Positions 11,387 through 22,660 of a stretch of 64,000 nucleotides of DNA are shown here, in pieces; the stretch's first letter is position 1; each line of letters opens with the position of its first letter. Under the pieces are notes generated by a model. It did no database searches and was not told the origin of the DNA. It saw nothing but the letters and a program-made list of their open reading frames with translations. The stretch comes from Truepera sp. (lineage in GTDB: Bacteria; Deinococcota; Deinococci; Deinococcales; Trueperaceae): positions 64,001 to 128,000 of the forward strand of contig CBDCKW010000005.1 of assembly GCA_965218435.1 (NCBI GenBank), written 5' to 3'. A program made the position numbers and the translations under genes.

Positions 11387-13117
11387 CTAGTCCGTTGAGC
11401 ACTCGCCGTCAAAGTTGCACAGGGAGGGGATCACCCACCAATAGTCCTCGCTCAGGTCTTCGTTACGGACCTCGAGCGCGGTAAAGTCGATGACAACGGT
11501 GTTCCAGCCCCTGCGCAGGTCGACGTCGGTCTTGAAGCCGGCGAAGTCACCACCCGCACACGTACCTACCGCTGTCACGTCGCGGTCGAGGTAGTAGTAG
11601 TTCACGAGGGTGCTATCTGGGTCGCTCGCGCTGGTCTGGACCACCTCGTCGGTCAGCTGACCGTCAACGAAGAGAATGAAATCCTGAGCTGCAGCAATCT
11701 TGAAGCTCTCGGGCGTGATGGTGGTGTCACAGTTGGGAAGCGTAAAAACCTCGGGCCTGCCGTTGAACAGGCGGGAGACCATCTCGGCCTCGCCGGGGAG
11801 CTGCAGCGAGAACGAGCCGTCATCGGTCAGCGGGCTCGTGGCAAAAGTGTCGTCGACGGTGCCGGCTGAAAAAACCCCGGCCTTAAGCTCGAGTGCCTTC
11901 TCACCGAAGTTCCCCCTGCCGAGGTTGGCAATGGTACCAGTGATGGTAGGGCTGTCGCCGAGGGCCGAAGGGGGTGCGTTACTAGGATTGACACTCTCAA
12001 TAGCCCGACCGTTCGCCAGGTCGCTTAACCAGTCCACAAAGCGCACGCCGCCGGTCTCGAGGGTGTAGAACTCGGGACGTTGGAGAATTACGTGTGCGGT
12101 ACCGTTAACAGGGTCATCATCGGTGTCGAAGGTTGAGATATACGAGCGGAAGTTGTCCGTTTCCGACGTGATAGCCGTGAGCGACGCAAGCATCTTTCCC
12201 GACCAGTCTTGGGCTAATTCTGGAGTAGGTTGTGTGATCCCCTGCATCAACCCGTAAAAGCCGATCTGCGTCCCGTCGAAAAGGCTGTTGTACTGCGCTA
12301 AAACCGTGTTTGGGTAGTTCTGACCAATCACGCTATAGAGGTTTGTAAGAATATTTTGGTCGAGAGCTATGGGCTCGCCCAGGTCGGGCAGCGCACCCTC
12401 GAGCTGCCAACCCGCCGCGTCGCCGGAGAAAAAGCCTTCGGTGACGACCCCTGCGCCGCTGTCACCGAGTTGATACGAGGCGGCGTTCGGATAGTGGTCG
12501 GCGATTTCGGGCAGCCAGATCAGCGAGGCGTAAGCTCCGGCGCTGACCCCGGCGACGAACACGGTTTCGGGCGCGCTGAAATTGTCGTAAACCCAGCCCA
12601 GCGCAGCTCGGGTATTGACCGCCCCCCGGTGCTGAACCTCGAGCGTGGTGCCGCCTGGTACGGCGTAGCTCGCAGTATTGTCCCCGAGGTGGAGGTCGCC
12701 CGTACAGTAGGAGATATGCACCTGATACCAGTCCCGAAAAGGATTGGCGGCGTTCGTGCGGTCATAGATTCCCCTGAAGCCGTAAACCTCAGGCGACCCA
12801 TAAACTTTGTTTACATAAAGCCCCTGAAAGTTATTGTCGGGCGTGCTCGGATTTGAACAGGTGCCGCCGTTCCAGCAGGCCCCGCCGCCTTCAAAATCGA
12901 TGAGCAGCTTGTTGACTTTGCCGGGGCTGACGAAGTAGCTGTACGCCGAGCCGTCGGCGCAAAGGGTGTCGCCCGCAGGCGTCAGCTGATTCCAACCGGC
13001 CTCGAGTCCAATGGGCAAAGTGGGCGGCGTCACGGTTTTGCTGCAGGCGGTGAGCAGCAGCAAGAAAAAGAACAAGTACGCCAAGCAAATACGGGGCGAA
13101 AGCGTGCGCGCGGACAT
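11387..13117 (-). CDS. pectin acetylesterase/Notum-family lipoprotein with extra C-terminal domain
   Basis: LTAC lipobox; CADGS, FEGGGACW, SYCTGDLH, GVSAG. Confidence 0.85.
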   Translation of the reverse strand: MSARTLSPRICLAYLFFFLLLLTACSKTVTPPTLPIGLEAGWNQLTPAGDTLCADGSAYSYFVSPGKVNKLLIDFEGGGACWNGGTCSNPSTPDNNFQGLYVNKVYGSPEVYGFRGIYDRTNAANPFRDWYQVHISYCTGDLHLGDNTASYAVPGGTTLEVQHRGAVNTRAALGWVYDNFSAPETVFVAGVSAGAYASLIWLPEIADHYPNAASYQLGDSGAGVVTEGFFSGDAAGWQLEGALPDLGEPIALDQNILTNLYSVIGQNYPNTVLAQYNSLFDGTQIGFYGLMQGITQPTPELAQDWSGKMLASLTAITSETDNFRSYISTFDTDDDPVNGTAHVILQRPEFYTLETGGVRFVDWLSDLANGRAIESVNPSNAPPSALGDSPTITGTIANLGRGNFGEKALELKAGVFSAGTVDDTFATSPLTDDGSFSLQLPGEAEMVSRLFNGRPEVFTLPNCDTTITPESFKIAAAQDFILFVDGQLTDEVVQTSASDPDSTLVNYYYLDRDVTAVGTCAGGDFAGFKTDVDLRRGWNTVVIDFTALEVRNEDLSEDYWWVIPSLCNFDGECSTD

Positions 13118-13214
13118 GCGGTTCTCCTTTGAGCAATGAAGTGTGTCATTGACTGGTTCGTCGGGACGGTGCCACCGTCGCTACCGTTCAGGTGTCGAAA
13201 GCGGCAACTTTAGT

Positions 13215-13244
13215 AAAAAAGCCTTGAACTGAATTCAGGGCTTT
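13215..13244. terminator. intrinsic terminator
   Basis: AAAAAAGCCTTGAA-CTGAA-TTCAGGGCTTT hairpin after the lipoprotein gene. Confidence 0.6.
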
Positions 13245-13257
13245 GTCTAACTTGCAG

Positions 13258-13923
13258 CTAATAGGTGGTTCTTACGTAACTTCCCTTGCCGGAAAACAGG
13301 TAGGCTCCTTCATAGGTTTCATCGGAGAAGACAGGGAAACTGAGCTCGGAGGTTTTGCCTCTGAAACTAAAAGTCCCGCTGGCCGTAGCACCGCGGCTCG
13401 TGCCTCTAAACACGGATTTCTCCGTGTAGGTCGGAGTCTTTATCCGCTCGGTCGAGCGGCTGCGTGTGAGGCCGCCCTGACCCTTCCAGCTCAGGGTGAG
13501 TTTGGCAGGGCCACAGACGGTGGTTCCGCTAGGGAAACTTTCTCTGCAAGCCCTAAAGGTCGCCGTTAACGTCGCCTTGGTAAGCTGTTTGTTAATGCTG
13601 AAGTTTTCGCCACTGCTAGAGCTGAAGATGGAAAAACCCGACTCTGTACACTGGTTGTACCTATTGAGATAAAAGTCAACTGCGTTAGACTCTGTTTTTG
13701 CCCCCTTCAACTCTTTCTGCCGAGTTTTGTAGGCCGAAATACTCACAGATGTAGTTTTGCAGCCCACTGTATTTTCGGAGTAAGCAGAAGCTGATTTGTT
13801 GCTAAAACGATACCCTTCCCTTACCGCCGCCGTCTCCAGTTCGGGCGGTGGTTGCACGGTTCCGCAGGCGGCGAGTAGGAGTAGGGCCAACATAACAAGA
13901 CCTGAGCGCATCGTCATTTTCAT
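13258..13923 (-). CDS. lipoprotein, unknown function
   Basis: LLLAAC lipobox; Ser/Thr-rich. Confidence 0.75.
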   Translation of the reverse strand: MKMTMRSGLVMLALLLLAACGTVQPPPELETAAVREGYRFSNKSASAYSENTVGCKTTSVSISAYKTRQKELKGAKTESNAVDFYLNRYNQCTESGFSIFSSSSGENFSINKQLTKATLTATFRACRESFPSGTTVCGPAKLTLSWKGQGGLTRSRSTERIKTPTYTEKSVFRGTSRGATASGTFSFRGKTSELSFPVFSDETYEGAYLFSGKGSYVRTTY

Positions 13924-14169
13924 GAATACACCCCTTTTGTGCCCTTCACTAAGGGCAAAAGAACTCGAGGGACCAGAAGCCGCTTCATCACGTCCATCCT
14001 TTCCTAGTACGCTCTCGACCTGCATTTCATCCAAAGAATTTCGGGTTTAACCGGCCTACTTCACTGGTGCCGCCCTCCTTTCACATGTTGGTGCGTACAT
14101 CGTGCAAAAAGGGGAATGAAAACAGCCTGAAATGCGCGCTATCAGCTCTGAAAAGGTCTATACTTAAGT

Positions 14170-16875
14170 GTGGAACTTCTCACGTTAGGTGGGCTTATGT
14201 TAAGCGGCGCGACCTTTACACGCGTCAAACCGCTGCTGCTACTGACCTATCTATCGCTCGAGGGTACCAAAGACAGGCGCTACCTTGCAGAGCTATTTTG
14301 GCCCGACGCCGCCGACCCGCTTAACAGCCTCGCGGCGGCCCTTAAACAACTGCGGCATTACGCGCCAGGGGTTGTCGAAAGCAATCTTACCCGTGTTTCG
14401 AGCGCAGTAAGTTGCGACGCACGCACGTTTCTTCAGGTTGCCGACGCGAGCGACTATATGGGAGTGCTCGAGCTTTACCGAGATGCTTTCTTAAACGGTA
14501 TTTACCTGCCGGGTTGGAGCGCCGAACTCGAGGAGTGGGTCTACGGTACCCGCGAGTTTCTAGCCGGACGAGCGCGCAGCGCGTGGCTCTGCCGAGGTGA
14601 AGAAAGGGCGGCGAACGGTGATTTTGCGGAAGCTGCCCAGTGTGCCGAAAAAGCCTATCTGCTCCCCGGCGCACCCGAACTCGAGCCCGAGGAAGTGACG
14701 CGGATACACACGCTGTTCGTAGCCGGAGACAGCCCTTACCTTGGCAAGTTACGCCGAGACGCCCAAAGTTTCGGCCTCGAGCTTTCTCCTAGAACAGCCC
14801 GTGAGCAGTTGCAACGACCGGTAGCTCGTGTAAGCTCACCTAAGCAGACCTTACCGCTAAGGGGCACCTCGTTTATCGGGCGTGATCTGGAGTTGGTCGA
14901 GATTGCCAACCAACTCGCCAGACCCGACTGCTCGCTGCTGACGCTGACCGGGCCGGGGGGCGTAGGCAAAACGCGTCTGGCGGTACGTGCTGCTCGAGAC
15001 CTCGCGGAGCGCTACGAGGGCGGCGTTTATTTCGTGCCGTTAGAAGTGCTGACCTCTGCGGATCAGATTCCCGCGAGTATCGCTGAAAGTCTCGCTTTCA
15101 CCCTTCAAGGCAGCGAAGCCCCGCTCGTTCAGGTCACACGCTACCTCGGCAACAAAGCCATGCTCTTGGTATTGGACAACTACGAACACCTGCTCGAGGC
15201 GGCGATGGTCGTGACTCGACTTCTCCAGGCTTGCCCCAACTTAAAGCTGCTCGTGACCTCACGTGAGCGCCTTGATCTAGAAGAAGAGTGGGTCTTACCA
15301 GTTGAAGGCTTGGCGGTACCGCCTGAAACGCCCTCACTTCCGGAAGCCAAGGAGCATGACGCGCTACAGCTATTTGAAGACCGCGCCAAACGGTCACGGC
15401 TCTCCTTCGAGCTAAAGTCGCAGGACTTGCCTTACGTTGTTTCGATCTGTAACCAGGTTCAGGGCTTGCCTTTAGGTATCGAGCTGGCCGCGTCGTGGGT
15501 CAAAGTGCTGTCATGTCAGGAGATCGCTCAGGAACTCGAGCAAACGACCGAATTTTTAACCTCCACCAGTCGAAATATTCCCGAGCGACACAGGAGCGTC
15601 CAGGCAGTGTTCGAGGGATCGTGGCGGCTTCTAAGCCCTAAAGAGCAAGCGGTACTAAGAAAGCTCTCGGTATTTCAAGGAGGCTTTAGGCGCGAGGCAG
15701 CGGCTGAGGTGGCAGGAGCAACCATCCCTGTGTTGGCTTCGCTCGTGGACAAGTCGCTGCTGCGCGTTACAGCGAGCGGACGATATTATGGCCATCCACT
15801 ACTTCTGCAATATATTTGGGAAAAGCTGGCAAAAAACAAAAGTGTAGATGAAGTGCAACAAAAACACGCAGTTTATTTTTTATCTTTCGTGGAAGAGGCT
15901 GAAACATATTTGAATAGTAATAAGCAGACCACATGGCTAGAACTTTTGGAAGCCGAACAGGCTAATATACGAGAGGCTTTGCAGTTTACGAAAACACACG
16001 CCAAAGTAGATATGCATTTACGTCTAGCTGGAGCACTTTCGTGGTTCTGGTGGCAACGTGGCTACCTAAGCGAAGGAAGAAAATGGTTAGAAGGAGCTTT
16101 GGGAGGACCTTTTGAAAAAACAGCACTGAGAGCCAAAGCCCTTAATGGAGCCGGGCTGATTACGTGGTCACAAGGTCTGTACCTATCTGCCCAAATGTAT
16201 CAAGAGGAAAACATCGCTATCCGCCGCGTACTACACGACCAATCCGGCCTAGCAGTAGCTCTTAACAACTTGGGGATTGTCGCTTACGACAAGTGTGACT
16301 ACCTTAAAGCTCGCTCACTCCACTCAGAAGCATTAGCGATATGGCGAGAACTAGAACATCAGTCAGGTATCGCGTTCTCGCTTACCAACTTAGGGTTAGC
16401 AGCCTATAATCAAGGTGATTATCCTAGTGCTCGCTCACTTCAGACTGAAAGCCTTTCACTCATGCGTAAGTTGGAGAACGAATATGGTGTTGCACTTGCG
16501 CTCATCAATTTAGGAAACGTCGTATGTGAACAAGGCGATTACGAGCTAGCACGAATTGTACATGAGGAAAGCATCAAACTATTCCGGAAATTAGGAAATC
16601 AGCGGGGAATCGCTTTTGCGCTTGAAAGTTTTGCGAGTTTAGCAATAGGGCAAAAACAAATGGAACAAGCAACGTGCATTTGGGGAGCGGCAGCAGCTAT
16701 ACGCGAAGCTATCGTCGCTCCTCTTCCACCGAGTGAAAGTTTCCGCTATGTGCGGGACATCGACAAGGCCAAATCTCAGCTCGGCGAGTCTATTTTTGCT
16801 GCGGCATGGAATAGAGGCCGAGCGATGCCGCTCGAGCAGGCCGTCGCTTACGCCTTGGCAGCAATAGTGATATAA
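14170..16875 (+). CDS. SARP/BTAD-like + STAND ATPase + TPR transcriptional regulator
   Basis: [38 protein letters not shown] repeats (ALNNLG). Confidence 0.9.
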   Translation: MELLTLGGLMLSGATFTRVKPLLLLTYLSLEGTKDRRYLAELFWPDAADPLNSLAAALKQLRHYAPGVVESNLTRVSSAVSCDARTFLQVADASDYMGVLELYRDAFLNGIYLPGWSAELEEWVYGTREFLAGRARSAWLCRGEERAANGDFAEAAQCAEKAYLLPGAPELEPEEVTRIHTLFVAGDSPYLGKLRRDAQSFGLELSPRTAREQLQRPVARVSSPKQTLPLRGTSFIGRDLELVEIANQLARPDCSLLTLTGPGGVGKTRLAVRAARDLAERYEGGVYFVPLEVLTSADQIPASIAESLAFTLQGSEAPLVQVTRYLGNKAMLLVLDNYEHLLEAAMVVTRLLQACPNLKLLVTSRERLDLEEEWVLPVEGLAVPPETPSLPEAKEHDALQLFEDRAKRSRLSFELKSQDLPYVVSICNQVQGLPLGIELAASWVKVLSCQEIAQELEQTTEFLTSTSRNIPERHRSVQAVFEGSWRLLSPKEQAVLRKLSVFQGGFRREAAAEVAGATIPVLASLVDKSLLRVTASGRYYGHPLLLQYIWEKLAKNKSVDEVQQKHAVYFLSFVEEAETYLNSNKQTTWLELLEAEQANIREALQFTKTHAKVDMHLRLAGALSWFWWQRGYLSEGRKWLEGALGGPFEKTALRAKALNGAGLITWSQGLYLSAQMYQEENIAIRRVLHDQSGLAVALNNLGIVAYDKCDYLKARSLHSEALAIWRELEHQSGIAFSLTNLGLAAYNQGDYPSARSLQTESLSLMRKLENEYGVALALINLGNVVCEQGDYELARIVHEESIKLFRKLGNQRGIAFALESFASLAIGQKQMEQATCIWGAAAAIREAIVAPLPPSESFRYVRDIDKAKSQLGESIFAAAWNRGRAMPLEQAVAYALAAIVI

Positions 16876-17211
16876 GAAGTCTCCTATAAACACTCCGGTA
16901 TCTGTTGAGGTGATTTCTACCTAAGAGCAAAGAGAAACAGGCTTCATACTAGCTCATCGCTACGTTTAATGAAGCCAGCCTATAAGGCGGAGGGCGATAT
17001 AGTACCCGAGCCCGGAGTGGGTTGAAGTTAGCACGGCCGTACGTCCGCCACTTGATGATTTTAAGCCGACTGTCCTGGACTTCAAGCTGACCATTGCGCT
17101 AGGTTCGTTTTGGCAGAATCCCAAACTTAAGGAAGCTGCGAGCTGCTCTCATCTGAACGGCGATTGGGCTGCGCAGACGCTGAATCACCTGTCAATCCAG
17201 TTGTCCGGTAT

Positions 17212-18090
17212 CTAGTCTTCTGGGTTCAAACTGGGTAGCCGCTGTCCGTGCGCCAGACGGTGCTTGACTAGGGCGCTTATAAGCCGGCTACGGAGGTAAG
17301 CCAAGTCGATCCAGATGCGAGGATCGCCGACGGCGAACCCGGCATGTGCTTCATATTGGGACAAGAAATGGTCCGCCAATTCTGGTGTACTCCGCTGTAT
17401 CTCTGCAGCTGCGTTTGCCACGTCAAAGCGGGGGTCGCCTACCGCTGCCTCCTCCCAGTCCAAAATGGCCGTAATCCCTTGTTCGTCTGAGAGATAGTTG
17501 CCACTATGCCAGTCGCCATGGATAAAGCTTCCCGAACGTTCGCCCACATCGGCGAAACGCTCTGCGATGGCGTATAACTCCTGGCGAAGGGCCAGGATCC
17601 CAGCCTCCTCAGCCCAGCTCATTAGACGCGGCAGTAACTTAGCTAGCGAGATGTCTGGGAGGCGAGCCCGGTCCTCGTCGTGCACAGGGGCGGCATGGAG
17701 GCGGGCGAGGAGGTCGGCTACCTGTGCTGCCTTTGCTGGGGTGTTCGGGATCCGGCCCGGCTCGCCCGGTACCCGCCTCACCATCAACATGTCGGGCATT
17801 TGGGCGACGAGAAGAACGGGTGGAACCGGCATCCCAGCGCGCGTAGCGATCCGCAGAGCGATCTGCTCACGTTGTGGTAGGTCGGGTGCAAGAAATGTCC
17901 ACCATGACATGTAGCCCTGATAAACTCGCACATACACTTGTGTGGTCGCGCCGGTATCTGACCAGTACAAGGTGATGCACTCCACAAACTGCTGGAAACT
18001 TTGAACTTGCTGCTGCTGAGTAATCCTCCATCCTGGTTGATACTGGAAGGCTGACGCTAGCCAAGTCTCGAGTAATTTGGTCCGATTCAT
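17212..18090 (-). CDS. aminoglycoside-phosphotransferase-family kinase
   Basis: HGDWHSGN, ILDWEEA, GDPRFD; start uncertain (ORF open to 18228). Confidence 0.85.
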   Translation of the reverse strand: MNRTKLLETWLASAFQYQPGWRITQQQQVQSFQQFVECITLYWSDTGATTQVYVRVYQGYMSWWTFLAPDLPQREQIALRIATRAGMPVPPVLLVAQMPDMLMVRRVPGEPGRIPNTPAKAAQVADLLARLHAAPVHDEDRARLPDISLAKLLPRLMSWAEEAGILALRQELYAIAERFADVGERSGSFIHGDWHSGNYLSDEQGITAILDWEEAAVGDPRFDVANAAAEIQRSTPELADHFLSQYEAHAGFAVGDPRIWIDLAYLRSRLISALVKHRLAHGQRLPSLNPED

Positions 18091-18396
18091 GTAGTGATGG
18101 TACGCTTTTAACTTTGTGTCCTTGCTGAGCAGCCTATAACCCTCCACAACACCGTCTGTTTTGGAAAACCCCGATTTTGAAAAGGACCGTTCTCTGGACG
18201 TTGCATAGTCGGCTAGCGACAGGCTCATCTTCTCATTCTCCGTTTAACGAACGCCGTTTCAGCGCCTAAGCTGCGGCTATATTTCTAAGTTGAAAAGCAT
18301 GCCGAAGGGAGGACAGCCGCACCCGCCACCCGGAAGGAGAAGCGTGTTTCAGCTACCCCTAAGCTTTAGCTTTTGGAGAAAGGAACGGCATCACTT

Positions 18397-18762
18397 ATGA
18401 GCGAGAACGCCTTGACGGTCGAAGGTCTGAAGCAGATTGAGCAACATTGGGCGACAGCAAAAGACATGGATAGCATGATGGACATATTCACAGAAGACGC
18501 CATCTTCGACAATATCGACGCGCAACCTATAGTTGGCAAAGATGTCATCCGAGGCGTCTATGGACCGGTCGAAGGGGAAAAGAGGACAGCCGAAAATCAG
18601 GAGGCGGTCGTCTTAGGTAGTTAGGGCTACAGCTCAGGCACTGCGACGGTGGAAAACCCGGACGGGCATATCCTCAAAACGACGTACCTCAACGTCGTCA
18701 AGCTGGTGGACGGCGAACCGAAGATGTTCCGGCAGATCTTCAAGGTGACGGAGCAGTCTTGA
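18397..18762 (+). pseudogene. SnoaL/NTF2-like protein with in-frame TAG at 18622
   Basis: IFTEDAIF, GKDVIR; frame continues after the stop. Confidence 0.6.
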
Positions 18763-19143
18763 AATGATGACTAAACATATTTTGGCCGTACCCGAATAGG
18801 CCCTCCCAATGTTAGAAGGGCCTACGTTTTTACCCGCTATTTTGGAGATGCCAAACTCCCGCTGTTGTCGTTCGTTACCTGTAAGTGTATGGCACTCATC
18901 ATGCGATCATGCGAACGTTTACACGCTCCTACGTGCATAGGGAACGCTTACTCCAGCGTAGCGCCACACCTTGTGGGTCGGCGTGACTCATCGGCTGCAG
19001 ACCGTTTTACAATCTATACAGGCTGCTGAAAAAGCTCATTCGAGGTGGGCGGAGATCGGCCACCGATCCAACCAGGATGTGTCCTGGAGGTCGTGGCGGG
19101 GCGTGATAGGCAGCACAACCCTCAGGAGACATGCCACAGGTCC

Positions 19144-19644
19144 TTAGTCCACCGGTGGCAGCGGCGGGCCGGCGTCCTCGAGGCGGTACTTGGCATAGAG
19201 AGCGTGGACGCGCTCGAGGTCACGGGGATTAAACTCAGGGATGGTGTCGTCCAGCGCCGGTCGGCCGCCCTCCAAGTAGAAGTTCTCGTGGCCGCCCGGC
19301 TGGACCAGCTCCAGAAGGTGCGCTGGCCCCTTGTCGACGCGGAAGGTATGCGGCAGGTCGCGGGGCAAGTAGATAAACGATCCCGGTCCCGCTTGGTACG
19401 TCTGGTCGTCGCAGACAACGGTCAATTCACCTTCAAGGATCCAGAACGATTCGTCCTCTTGGTGGTGGATGTGTAACGGCGGCGAGAAGCCGACCGCCAG
19501 CCGGACTTCGATCAACCCAAACGCCCCGCCGGTGGTCTGCGCGGTTGCCTTGACGGTCATCCGCGTCCCTAGGAACCAGGTCGCCTCGCCGTCGTCTGGT
19601 CCGCGCACAAACGGTTGGAACTTCACGTGCATCGCCTCGGGCAT
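19144..19644 (-). CDS. cupin-domain protein (quercetinase-like)
   Basis: PLHIHHQEDESFWILEG, PHTF. Confidence 0.88.
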   Translation of the reverse strand: MPEAMHVKFQPFVRGPDDGEATWFLGTRMTVKATAQTTGGAFGLIEVRLAVGFSPPLHIHHQEDESFWILEGELTVVCDDQTYQAGPGSFIYLPRDLPHTFRVDKGPAHLLELVQPGGHENFYLEGGRPALDDTIPEFNPRDLERVHALYAKYRLEDAGPPLPPVD

Positions 19645-19784
19645 GACGTCCTCCTTCTTATCCTTTAGATTTTCTTGCGGTGGCGCCACCTACGGCCACA
19701 GTAGCGCGGAGCGCCGGACAAATCCATCCCGTATTCACGGGATGGTGCCTAGACGGGGTAAAGCAATAGGACTACAGTACGCGC

Positions 19785-20879
19785 ATGAACAGCTTGGAAC
19801 TCGCGCGCTGCCGCGACGCGGTGGAACGACTTGCCGCCGCGCCACTCTCCCCCGATGACCTTGGCCGGGAGTTGGTCACCAGCATCCGGCGGGCCGTCCC
19901 TTTCTTGGGATGGTGCGTTGCGGTCACCGACCCGGAGACCCTTCTCGTCGCAGCGGCCGTGGCCGAAAACCCGGCGATTGGGAACCCTGGCCGCCTCTTC
20001 GAGCTCGAGTATGCCGAGGACGTGAACCGCTATCGCGACTTGGTCAAGCAGCGTTCGCCGGTCCGCTCGCTCCACGCCGCGACGGGAGGCGATTTCCAAC
20101 GAAGCGCTCGGTGGCGCGAGCTCTACGACGGCAGCGGCCTCACCGACGAGTTACGAATCGTGCTCGTGCTTGACGGGCGCTGCTGGGGCTTCATCGAGTT
20201 GCTGCGCGAGCAAGGCGACCGGGCCTTCTCAGAGGAGGAGCGCAGCTTCCTGGCTCGGCTCGTTCCGCAGGTTGCAACGAGCCTGAGGCGATCCCTTATG
20301 GCGGATCCACTTCACGCGCAATGGGGCGAGCAACGGGCAGCTTCCGGACCCGGCACGGTGATCCTGGACCAGGACTTTCGCGAGATCGGCACGACGCCCG
20401 AAGCCAAGGAATGGATGGACCGTATTCGCCCGCCTAGCGATGGGCCGTTCATGCCGACTGCGGTGCTGGCGGTGGCCGCGCGAGCCCGCTCGTTAAGGAC
20501 CACGCGGCCGTTGCCCGGCGAGGAGCCTAGAGTCCGGGTGCGCGGTTCGACAGGCGAGTGGGTGACGGTCTCGGCTGCGCCGCTCACCGGTGGAGCAGCG
20601 CTCGCGGGCGCGATTGCGGTCATGCTGGCAGGTGCGGGCGCCGAGGCCGGGAGCCTGGTACTGGAGGCCTGTGGGCTCACCTCCCGCGAGCGCGAATTGG
20701 CGTCGCTCGTGCTAGCGGGATGCTCTAATAAGGAGATCGCTGAACGGCTGTTCCTCTCTCCCTATACGGTGAGCGACCACCTCAAGGCGATCCTTGAGAA
20801 ACCCGGGGTGCACAGCAAACGCGAGCTGATCGCGAGCGCACTCGGGGGCGGGGTTCGGGAGGGCTTTCGCACGAGCTGA
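19785..20879 (+). CDS. GAF + LuxR HTH regulator
   Basis: LTSRERELA..SNKEIAERLFLSPYTVSDHLK; divergent from the cupin gene. Confidence 0.9.
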   Translation: MNSLELARCRDAVERLAAAPLSPDDLGRELVTSIRRAVPFLGWCVAVTDPETLLVAAAVAENPAIGNPGRLFELEYAEDVNRYRDLVKQRSPVRSLHAATGGDFQRSARWRELYDGSGLTDELRIVLVLDGRCWGFIELLREQGDRAFSEEERSFLARLVPQVATSLRRSLMADPLHAQWGEQRAASGPGTVILDQDFREIGTTPEAKEWMDRIRPPSDGPFMPTAVLAVAARARSLRTTRPLPGEEPRVRVRGSTGEWVTVSAAPLTGGAALAGAIAVMLAGAGAEAGSLVLEACGLTSRERELASLVLAGCSNKEIAERLFLSPYTVSDHLKAILEKPGVHSKRELIASALGGGVREGFRTS

Positions 20880-20950
20880 TCGCGACCGACCCTAGGCTAG
20901 AGCCTCGTTAAGTAAGCACCTGACCTGCAGATTGATAGGAGTGTAAAGCT

Positions 20951-21223
20951 ATGACCCTGTTTACCTACAACACTCCAAGACCCCGACCTGACTTTCCCAT
21001 CTCACCGGACCCTATGGGTGATCCCGTCGAGCTGCCCAAGCCGCTACCCGAAGAAGAACCGGAAGAGTGGGGCGAGCCGATCATGGTCGTCGATGACGAC
21101 ACAGCGCAGCCTAGAGGGGACGACGATCCGGCCGACCCACCGCAAGAGGAAGAGGGACCAGAGGTAGCCGTAGACGAAGACAAGGTACCACCTGCCAGGG
21201 GGCCGGAATCGGAGCCGCCCTAA
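20951..21223 (+). CDS. Pro/Asp/Glu-rich small protein
   Basis: AGGAG RBS; strongly biased composition. Confidence 0.6.
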   Translation: MTLFTYNTPRPRPDFPISPDPMGDPVELPKPLPEEEPEEWGEPIMVVDDDTAQPRGDDDPADPPQEEEGPEVAVDEDKVPPARGPESEPP

Positions 21224-21279
21224 GCTGTCGTGCCTTACATCCTGCGCCAAACCCACCTCCTGAAGGAGACGAGGTAGTC

Positions 21280-21480
21280 ATGCACGACCTTAAACTGACC
21301 GGTCAGCAAGACCCACGCCGGCCGAACTTGGCCCAGCTTTCTACCGAAGACGAGCCGCCTGGAACGTTAGAAGATGTGGCTCCGGGAGACCCCAAAGACC
21401 CGCTACCTGCTGATAACACGGTGGAATCAGGCATACCCGTCAAGTCTCCCTCGCCCGATACGACCGAGTCGCCAGACTGA
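21280..21480 (+). CDS. Pro/Asp-rich small protein
   Basis: GAGG RBS; tandem with neighbours. Confidence 0.55.
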   Translation: MHDLKLTGQQDPRRPNLAQLSTEDEPPGTLEDVAPGDPKDPLPADNTVESGIPVKSPSPDTTESPD

Positions 21481-21491
21481 AAGGAACCTTT

Positions 21492-21767
21492 ATGCTTGCG
21501 TTTATCTTTCCACCTACCCCAGACCCCGGCGCACCACCTTTGCCCGATCCGATGCCAGAACCGACACCCGATCCTGACGCGCCGATGCCTACACCTGAGC
21601 CAGAACCGGCGTCATTCGTCATTCCTGAAGACCCGAACACCCCGGATGACGATGCGGACGAACCGACCATCGAAGACCCGGAGGAACCGCCAGGACTGCC
21701 GATCGAGGAACCGGCAGAACCGGGCATACCCATTGAAGAGCCACCGCCTGTGGAAAGCCCTAGCTAG
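21492..21767 (+). CDS. Pro/Glu/Asp-rich small protein
   Basis: AAGGA RBS; PIEEP repeats. Confidence 0.6.
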   Translation: MLAFIFPPTPDPGAPPLPDPMPEPTPDPDAPMPTPEPEPASFVIPEDPNTPDDDADEPTIEDPEEPPGLPIEEPAEPGIPIEEPPPVESPS

Positions 21768-21823
21768 GAAGTCTGATCTTGGCTGTAACCGTTAAACTCC
21801 ACTATGCCCGGTACTGAAACCCT

Positions 21824-22471
21824 TTAAGCGGCAGCGACGAGCTCGAGGCTGTTGTTGTGAACGTTGTTGACTGCCCGTGACACCGGATGCGCGTGCATCT
21901 TTCCTGGGTAGGGTTTGAGCAGTTTCTGCACCTCGTTGGCGTCGGTCAGCTCGGGGTCGAGCCATCTGTCGTAATCATGGGGCGACAAAATGACCGGCAT
22001 ACGCTCGTGCAAACTTGCCATCAGTTCGTTCGGAGTAGTGGTCAGAATGGTGCAGCTTAAAAGTTCATCGTGCCACAGATCAAAGAGCCCGGCAAAGCCG
22101 ATAGGCTCACCCCTCTCGAGCTGGAGGTAATAGGGCGTCTTGGCGCTACCTTCCCGCTTCCACTCATAAAACCCTGAGGACGGGATAATCGCCCGTTTGT
22201 ACCGAAGCGGCCCCTTAAAACTTGCCTTTTCGTGCGCAGTTTCACTCCGGGCATTAAAGAGGTTCACTTTCATCTCCTCCGGGTGCTTCGCCCATGCAGG
22301 GATGAGCCCCCATCTTGCCGGGGTGACAGTGCGCTCGTCCGAGAGGGTGGCAACTAGCGGGACGGTTTGGGTTGGCGCGATGTTGTAAGACGGACTGAAC
22401 TCGAGCTGCCCCTGCGCTACACCGTAGTGCTTAGAAAAGTCTTTAATCGTCAAGGTATACCGTCCGCACAT
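21824..22471 (-). CDS. SOS response-associated peptidase (SRAP; YedK/HMCES family)
   Basis: MCGRY N-terminus, YNIAPT, FNARSET, GFYEW, HERMPVIL; extended -10 TGCTAGAAT near 22524-22532. Confidence 0.95.
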   Translation of the reverse strand: MCGRYTLTIKDFSKHYGVAQGQLEFSPSYNIAPTQTVPLVATLSDERTVTPARWGLIPAWAKHPEEMKVNLFNARSETAHEKASFKGPLRYKRAIIPSSGFYEWKREGSAKTPYYLQLERGEPIGFAGLFDLWHDELLSCTILTTTPNELMASLHERMPVILSPHDYDRWLDPELTDANEVQKLLKPYPGKMHAHPVSRAVNNVHNNSLELVAAA

Positions 22472-22660
22472 CTGCATCCTCCTCGCCGCTCCCGGCATGT
22501 CTCAAATACTTAATATTTAAGGTATTCTAGCATGTGCGAAAGCCACTGGGGATTACGTGTCAGACACTTAGCGCTTATTGAATTGCTTCTCTGCGTGCTC
22601 AGGCCGAGGCAAGAGTTGATACTTCTTTTGCGGCAGTTGCGCGCAACTATTACTTTAAAC

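Noticed and set aside
22553..22570. DdrO/RDRM box upstream of SRAP
   Set aside because: The GTGTCAGACAC palindrome does not fit the 17-bp RDRM pattern.
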